DNA of 64,000 bases from an uncultured Candidatus Saccharibacteria bacterium (GTDB taxonomy: Bacteria; Patescibacteriota; Saccharimonadia; Saccharimonadales; Saccharimonadaceae), in assembly GCA_963548835.1 (NCBI GenBank), contig CAUUVO010000002.1:782-64781 (forward strand), written 5' to 3'. A program made the position numbers and the translations under genes. The notes under the pieces were generated by a model that was given only the letters and a program-made list of their open reading frames with translations, was not told the origin of the DNA and ran no database searches. How positions within the stretch are numbered: the first letter of the stretch is position 1; every line of letters begins with the position of its first letter. Below are positions 58,253 to 64,000 of this stretch, one piece after another.

Positions 58253-60034
58253 GTGGTTGATCTAGCGTATCGGTTGATGAAAAGGACTGGCTGGCGTAGT
58301 GTCGAAGAGGGTCATGAGGCCGCAGATAAAGAAAGCGGCGATTCTGAAAACGAGCATTCTCATGCTGAAGAAGAGCTTGACGAATTGACTCAGCAGAGAA
58401 TTGATAAGATTGACGAAGAGTGGGAGTTTCGGGCTGACGTGGATGGCTTTAACGGCAATTTTATTCCCAAGAGTTATCCTGATTTCGCAGGGAGCATTGC
58501 GAGCGGTAATTATGAAGAAATAGAGAAGCTAGTGCCTGATATAAGAGAGCGTGTAGCGAAAGACGATAGACTTAATTGGAAATCGAAAGATTATGATGAA
58601 AAATACGTCCATTATTACGCAAATTTGGATTTGCCAGTTTTAGCGCAAAAAAATGTTGCGGCGTTTTTCAGAAAGCATTATAAGCATATGCCGAAACTTG
58701 CAGATAGTGCGCGGCGTGCTATGCAGGAGCAGATTGACTCTACACATTCTCTCAAAAATAGTGATAGTGGCGATTTCTTCAACCGCTATTATAAACATGA
58801 AGAGGCTGTAACTCATTTAATGAGCGCCGAAGCTGTGCTACCTAGGGAGATAGCTGAAGAGTTTAAAGATGGAATTGTTAACGAGGTGGCCGAGGTTGTT
58901 GAGGCTGCTGCGAATTCAGTGGGGTGGCGAGGGTTTGATGCGAACGCAGCCTGGCTAGCGGATCATGGTTTTCCGCCGGAGCGCTGGCCGCAGGACGCCA
59001 GAAATCGAGATGATTTCCCGGAGCCGCTGCGCCGGCTGGTTAACGAGCAGGGCGATAAGGAAAAGGGGCTTGATCGGGTGATTATCAAATACTGTATAAA
59101 AAGGACAGAAATCTATGATGGCGATGATGGTAAGGTGAAACCCGATGTTTATGGACGGTGCGATTTGATACAGAAGTACTTTGAGGGACGTTTGCCAGAC
59201 GTGAATCCTAAGATAATGACTTGCGGTATTGTAGGCATGGTTGATTCGTCCTCCTATGATAACATAGGTCAGCAGGTTGACAGATACAACGATTATATCC
59301 GAACTATCCGCGAGATTAGACAGGACAACGCCAACAAGCTGGGTGAAGAGCTGGGGATAACGCATTTTTCTGACTGGAGTCCAGAAGTCTTGCGAGGCAC
59401 GCTGCATATATTAGAGACTGGGCGTACAGAATCTGGCAACCCAGCAACGATAATCATTAGAGGAGTCACAGGAGATCATAATGGTGCTGCGCGTAGCTTT
59501 CGCAATATAAAGACTAGCGACATCCTAGCTGTTGAGATAAATCATACCGACATGTTATCTGGTGTAGTAGAAAGACTAGAAAAAGTTGGTGTTGATAGCG
59601 ACATGTTTAGTAGAGTTGTTTTGTTTGGTCACGGTAGTGAAGAAGGGTTTACAGTGTCGTTTGTAGAACGTATAAAATCTAATCCTGATGAATGGCGTAG
59701 TAAAAAAGGTATGATGGATCTTATGCGGGTACTAAACCCGAAATTCCTGATATTGCTATCATGCCATCCGCTTAGACGAGAAAATGGATCTAATCCGCTT
59801 GCGACTGATGAGAAAGGACCGCAACGGCGACAAGGTACAGCGTCAGCAATTTCTTCAGCATTTCCAGTCACCGTTAAGAGCGGTCTGGCTGGGATGACAC
59901 GTGCTTATATAAGCGAAGATGGTAAAATTATAATTGAGACTGAAGATGAAGATAATGGTCATAGGTCAGATGTAATGGCATTAACGAGGTATGGAATAAC
60001 ATATTCATATGAGAAAGGAGCGGATGGACAATGA
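58253..60034 (+). CDS. orphan protein with C-terminal caspase-fold (clan CD) peptidase-like domain; true start probably 58182 across a frameshift
   Basis: DHNGA, VVLFGHG, LILLSC. Confidence 0.6.
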   Translation: MVDLAYRLMKRTGWRSVEEGHEAADKESGDSENEHSHAEEELDELTQQRIDKIDEEWEFRADVDGFNGNFIPKSYPDFAGSIASGNYEEIEKLVPDIRERVAKDDRLNWKSKDYDEKYVHYYANLDLPVLAQKNVAAFFRKHYKHMPKLADSARRAMQEQIDSTHSLKNSDSGDFFNRYYKHEEAVTHLMSAEAVLPREIAEEFKDGIVNEVAEVVEAAANSVGWRGFDANAAWLADHGFPPERWPQDARNRDDFPEPLRRLVNEQGDKEKGLDRVIIKYCIKRTEIYDGDDGKVKPDVYGRCDLIQKYFEGRLPDVNPKIMTCGIVGMVDSSSYDNIGQQVDRYNDYIRTIREIRQDNANKLGEELGITHFSDWSPEVLRGTLHILETGRTESGNPATIIIRGVTGDHNGAARSFRNIKTSDILAVEINHTDMLSGVVERLEKVGVDSDMFSRVVLFGHGSEEGFTVSFVERIKSNPDEWRSKKGMMDLMRVLNPKFLILLSCHPLRRENGSNPLATDEKGPQRRQGTASAISSAFPVTVKSGLAGMTRAYISEDGKIIIETEDEDNGHRSDVMALTRYGITYSYEKGADGQ

Positions 60035-60456
60035 TTGAAAAAAGACGTGATGGCAGCGACAGTTTGGTTTCAGAAGCGAAGCTGATTATGCAGGAAATTG
60101 GGGAAAATCCCGACGATTACGAAGCGTTTGCGAGGAGATACTTGGCGGATATAGCCAGTGCGATGTATTATTTTGCGCAGGGTGACGGCGATGCTTCTAT
60201 GGATGTTAATCTGGCTCGGTTTGATAGTCATGGTAATCTGTCTGAAGATGAATTTGACATATATCGTATTGAATACAAGGCTAGTGAAAATGGAGGGATT
60301 GGCGAATGTCGTGTGTACAAAATTGTTCCCGGTGAAGGTGACCCGCAGGAGGCTACTATGCAAGAGATTACCGCGCAAGACGCGAACCTTGATACGTGCA
60401 ACACGTTGGGCCGGATTTGGAATGAGCTTGCGGTTAGCAGAAAATCCAAGGACTAA
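60031..60456 (+). CDS. orphan acidic protein
   Basis: ATGA overlap with upstream stop, AAGGAG RBS. Confidence 0.65.
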   Translation: MIEKRRDGSDSLVSEAKLIMQEIGENPDDYEAFARRYLADIASAMYYFAQGDGDASMDVNLARFDSHGNLSEDEFDIYRIEYKASENGGIGECRVYKIVPGEGDPQEATMQEITAQDANLDTCNTLGRIWNELAVSRKSKD

Positions 60457-60467
60457 AGGTAATTTTT

Positions 60468-61712
60468 ATGAGAAGAAGTCTTGAGACAACATTTCTTCCG
60501 CCAGGAGAGAATGAAGATAATCTTGAAAGGGATTCGGACGCCGGGCCAGATATAGAGGCTACTGGGGGAGGGGGTGGCTCGTATGTCGACAACTATAGCC
60601 TTACTCCGGTAAAGTTTTCAGGAGTCGAGATTCATCCTGCTGGAGCGAGCGATGAAATTAGCCCTGAAGAGGTATGTTGGCGGCTAGAGTCAGAGGGAGT
60701 GGTCAAAGTTGCTCCGCGTTTAGATGAACAACTGGCAGGCAAGGCTGAAGACAGGAGTAATGTCATTACTTGTATAGCCGGAATGAATAAATCTTTGGGA
60801 ACTGATACATCTAATGATCGATACAGAAGGTATAGGGCGGATCTAACAGAGAGTGAAGTATTGCGTCAACTTGATACTTTTCTCGCTGGCATAATTGATT
60901 TAGGCGATTTGAATATTTCGCTTGCAGCTGATGCTTGGTATATGCGCGAAAACTTAACCTTCATTGGCGAGAAAGAATATAGAGAGGCTGCAGCAGGGAT
61001 TGCTGCTAGTTGGGTAGCGTCTCTTGAAGCAGACGACGACTTGCAGATTTATGCTGTTGCCGGAGAAATTGCTAAGTTAAAAAAAGCTACTTATAAGAAT
61101 CAGATAAAGAGCGATGAGTATTTATTAGACAATATACTAGCCAATTTTACCGAAGGAGATTGGGAAAAATACGGTGATAGGATTATCGTTGATCGAGATG
61201 ATATCGCGAAGATGCCAAAAGGAAATTTGAGAGTTGTCCTACTAGACGATTGGACTATTAGCGGTTGGCAACTTGGTAAAGTTTATAATTCGCTATCTGG
61301 GCAATATCCTGAATTAAAAGATTCAATTGAGGTACAGTTGATTGTTGCTAACGAGGAAAGAATAAAACATGGGCTTGCTGCTAGTTGGCTGCGCAATAGT
61401 GAAAGTATTCCCGTCAAAGCTTATTTTTTGGCGCACGATTCTATAGAAGCGGAACATGGGGCGCATATCACTGGTTATCATTCTGCTGTTGATTTTGATT
61501 TTGAGGTTACTATAAAAAATATGGTCGGTGCAGCCAGAGAACTTCTAGGGGCGGATGGTAAAGATATTCACATGCCTCCCGGAACAAATATCGTACGTCC
61601 GTATCGCAAGGATGGAGTGACGAGAGATAGTTTGGCTAATATTGAGAGAGCTCGCCAGTGTAGGCGCAGGCGACTGGCAGAAAGGCAAGGAAGCGGTTAT
61701 GTTATACTATGA
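60468..61712 (+). CDS. orphan type I phosphoribosyltransferase-fold protein
   Basis: PRPP-binding loop VVLLDDWTISGWQL. Confidence 0.65.
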   Translation: MRRSLETTFLPPGENEDNLERDSDAGPDIEATGGGGGSYVDNYSLTPVKFSGVEIHPAGASDEISPEEVCWRLESEGVVKVAPRLDEQLAGKAEDRSNVITCIAGMNKSLGTDTSNDRYRRYRADLTESEVLRQLDTFLAGIIDLGDLNISLAADAWYMRENLTFIGEKEYREAAAGIAASWVASLEADDDLQIYAVAGEIAKLKKATYKNQIKSDEYLLDNILANFTEGDWEKYGDRIIVDRDDIAKMPKGNLRVVLLDDWTISGWQLGKVYNSLSGQYPELKDSIEVQLIVANEERIKHGLAASWLRNSESIPVKAYFLAHDSIEAEHGAHITGYHSAVDFDFEVTIKNMVGAARELLGADGKDIHMPPGTNIVRPYRKDGVTRDSLANIERARQCRRRRLAERQGSGYVIL

Positions 61713-62352
61713 AAATATGGAGGAGTTACCGCAAAAAGCTTCTGATTTTTTATCTGGTGGTTTTCTGGCTGGATTAGAGCAAAAAGATTCTGCAAAGATT
61801 AGAGATCAGGCTGCGGTGCTGCCGCATAATGTAGTCCTTGAAGGGATTGGCAATCGGATGCTGATACGGGATTTTCTGGTGCAAACGAAGGGGGAACTAT
61901 CAAACTATGTTTTGGATCTTGATAGTAAAGAAGCGGATTTGGAAGATGGTACACGACGGTTGTTTGGCGTTATAGACGGAAGTTTAGATGAAATTTTCAA
62001 GGCTGCTGATGAGAATAAAGACAGACCGGGCGGTCTCGGTATGGAGCGTTTTCGCCAAGAATTTCGGAATACAGACGATATTGCTGTTATAAATTTGGCG
62101 GGTCATATAGCCCAGATGGACGTTGATAAGATATTAGCGATAAATAATCCGTATACCGTGATGAAGGCTATTCGAGGCGCTATCGTTGAAGAATTGTGGA
62201 AAAACGTACAGGATTATCGAGAAACTGGCGATAATCAAGAAATTAGGGATGCTATTAGTGAAACCGTAGCGGAGTTTATAGACATCATGGATAAAGATAT
62301 TTTATATAGCATGCTGCATGACGGCGAGGATGTTATTGACTGTTTGCGGTAA
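61699..62352 (+). CDS. orphan helical acidic protein
   Basis: ORF overlapping the PRTase end; start 61699 or 61717. Confidence 0.6.
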   Translation: MLYYENMEELPQKASDFLSGGFLAGLEQKDSAKIRDQAAVLPHNVVLEGIGNRMLIRDFLVQTKGELSNYVLDLDSKEADLEDGTRRLFGVIDGSLDEIFKAADENKDRPGGLGMERFRQEFRNTDDIAVINLAGHIAQMDVDKILAINNPYTVMKAIRGAIVEELWKNVQDYRETGDNQEIRDAISETVAEFIDIMDKDILYSMLHDGEDVIDCLR

Positions 62353-62439
62353 TAGATGGTTTTGACATATTAGAAGTGTAGTGATATGATGGCTTCCTAA
62401 GTGTTAAGCGTGGTGGGAGAAAAGATAGTAGTTATTATA

Positions 62440-63255
62440 ATGGCTAGCCGACTAGGACCTATAAAGAGAGAAACAATTGAACATCTTCGAGGATGCAACA
62501 AAGGCAAGGAAAAGAAATCAAGGAATGAACAGTTAGAGGAGGCAAGTGAGCGGCTACAGGAGCTTATGCCGGAGTTGTGGCGTAGGGCAGCGCTTTTGTC
62601 TCGTTTAGTAAGAGGTTCGTACGAAGACCTTGAAGACGGATTTCGCGTTGGGTTTTATCCTGGTGATGATGACAGGATAGTATTGCCTGTAGGAAGTTTT
62701 ATGAAAAAAGTCAAAAAAGTCAAAGAAACGATACAGCCAGAAGAAGACAAAGAAGACAAGTTTATAAGAAGTCCTATAGTTGTTTTGTACGCAGTAGGAG
62801 AGGTTATGTACCAAGAAGATGGTAGTAGAGGCGACAGATATCTTAGACAGACAAGACTGGTTGGGGAGACTGGTTGTTATGATACGTACCTTGCCGTACA
62901 AACCGCGCAAGAAGATGGCGAAGGTTACGACAATTGGCAGTTTAGGAAGGGGATTGGTCTAAAGAGGCAAAAACGCGCCTTAGGTGCGATTGCTGCTATG
63001 CGGGCAAGAGTTGACGACGCCATCGTGGACTGCTTGATAGAAAATGCCGCTCACGAGCCTCGTCCGGAAGAAATGGCGCCGCGCGTCAGTATTGAGGACT
63101 TATTAGGCAATACCGAGATGGTTCGACTACCTGAGGGATGGTTTGCTCCTGCTGAGTCAGGTCACCATACTGGCAGTAGCTGCAATAGAAGGTATCCTAT
63201 TGCGTTGTATAGTCGTCCGCTTGAGGATTTTACAGGCTGGGATTACGATGATTAG
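62440..63255 (+). CDS. orphan hypothetical protein
   Basis: ORF downstream of TTGACA-17-TATGAT (62362-62390). Confidence 0.6.
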   Translation: MASRLGPIKRETIEHLRGCNKGKEKKSRNEQLEEASERLQELMPELWRRAALLSRLVRGSYEDLEDGFRVGFYPGDDDRIVLPVGSFMKKVKKVKETIQPEEDKEDKFIRSPIVVLYAVGEVMYQEDGSRGDRYLRQTRLVGETGCYDTYLAVQTAQEDGEGYDNWQFRKGIGLKRQKRALGAIAAMRARVDDAIVDCLIENAAHEPRPEEMAPRVSIEDLLGNTEMVRLPEGWFAPAESGHHTGSSCNRRYPIALYSRPLEDFTGWDYDD

Positions 63256-63320
63256 CCAAGGGATAATTACTGCGCTAGTATACAGCTAATTAGCGTCTGA
63301 AATAAACATAACACCACTAG

Positions 63321-63346
63321 ACTTTTCCACAAAACCGTGGAAAAGT
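63321..63346. other. inverted repeat containing DnaA-box-like TTTTCCACA
   Basis: ACTTTTCCAC-AAAACC-GTGGAAAAGT; possible terminator or binding site. Confidence 0.5.
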
Positions 63347-63388
63347 TTTAGTTTGGTAGGGAAATGGGTAAAAAGTTGAAAAAAAGGC

Positions 63389-63430
63389 TTGCATGTGGGT
63401 AATTGTGGGTAGTATAGTGGAGTCAGTGGA
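63389..63430 (+). promoter_or_regulatory. mraZ (dcw) promoter with MraZ-binding repeats
   Basis: GTGG repeats at 63395, 63405, 63417 and 63426 overlapping TTGCAT/TATAGT. Confidence 0.7.
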
Positions 63431-63510
63431 ACGAAAGTTGATGGAAATCACCAACCAAAACAAACATCCACTACGAAAAACCAACTAATCTACCACGGAG
63501 GAAGGACGAC

Positions 63511-63879
63511 GTGCAAACAGATTACTTTGAGCGGAAGTTGGATGACAAGCGGCGCTTGACCATCCCAGCCGAGCTCAGGGCAGAGTTTGCGTCCGGCGTC
63601 GTATTGACCCGCGGGTTTGGCAACTATCTGCACCTGTATCCACAGCAAGTCTGGGATCGGGAAGTGGAGGGCGCGCTGACCGGAAGCATTCTGGATGAGC
63701 GCGTAGCCGACCTGAATGTCAAATTCCGCCGCGGTAAAACCGCTTCGGCGCTCGACCAGAAACAGGGGCGAGTGACGATTGAGCAGCATTTACTCGACTA
63801 TGCTGGCATTGACCGGGAAGTCGTGGCGGTGCGGGCGGGCGCGTATTTTCGGCTGATGGCGGCTGAGAATGCGGATTGA
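63511..63879 (+). CDS. mraZ: division/cell wall cluster transcriptional repressor MraZ
   Basis: LDDKRRLTIP, LYP, DQKQGRVTI; GGAGG RBS. Confidence 0.9.
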   Translation: MQTDYFERKLDDKRRLTIPAELRAEFASGVVLTRGFGNYLHLYPQQVWDREVEGALTGSILDERVADLNVKFRRGKTASALDQKQGRVTIEQHLLDYAGIDREVVAVRAGAYFRLMAAENAD

Positions 63880-64000
63880 TTAGCTGGGGTCAGTACCTTA
63901 ACAATTTGAAAACCTCTCGAGATCAACTATCTGGGTATTTGAAGATGGCGGGTGGCAATTTGCTCCACGATAAAAACGGCAACGTTCTTTCCTCAAAACA

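Noticed and set aside
58182..63255. Prophage or integrative element
   Set aside because: No integrase, terminase, structural genes, att repeats or tRNA target visible.
63321..63346. Replication origin from DnaA-box-like sequences
   Set aside because: Only one or two imperfect boxes, no dnaA/dnaN nearby, and gene orientation does not switch.
63880..64000. ncRNA or start of rsmH after mraZ
   Set aside because: Too little sequence before the window ends to support a call.

Overview
Gene-dense bacterial chromosome segment that looks like Candidatus Saccharibacteria (TM7, Patescibacteria/CPR). This assignment is inferred from the short ProRS, single-subunit GlyRS, compact housekeeping set and pervasive leaderless promoters. 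The backbone carries housekeeping genes: recF, frr, uppS, an RseP-like protease, proS, greA, lysS, uppP, serS, hpf, secA, murD, hpt, prfB, ftsEX, a CHAP hydrolase, an S41 protease, rpmA, xseAB, recO, glyQS, hsp20, yvcK, rnhA, a Pif1 helicase and mraZ. More than a dozen AT-richer orphan genes are interspersed singly or in a small array at 58.2-63.3 kb, most with their own -35/-10 promoter. Four of these orphans carry very divergent enzyme motifs: a RelA/SpoT-like protein with a degenerate hydrolase and altered synthetase site, a caspase-fold (clan CD) His-Cys protease, a type I PRTase and a GT-A glycosyltransferase. My lead hypothesis is a dispersed repertoire of host-directed effector-like enzymes in an epibiont. 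Other notable features are a ~100-nt palindromic element inserted in frame in a methyltransferase gene, a KwaB(DUF4868)-like gene coupled to a Pif1 helicase with no KwaA, an amber-interrupted glutamate racemase beside murD, a 73-bp diverged copy of part of a peptidase gene, NrdR-like boxes ahead of greA, a CIRCE at hsp20 and an AbrB/Doc toxin-antitoxin pair. I saw no rRNA, tRNA, CRISPR array or transposase. All family calls come from motif recognition by eye; no database searches were run.
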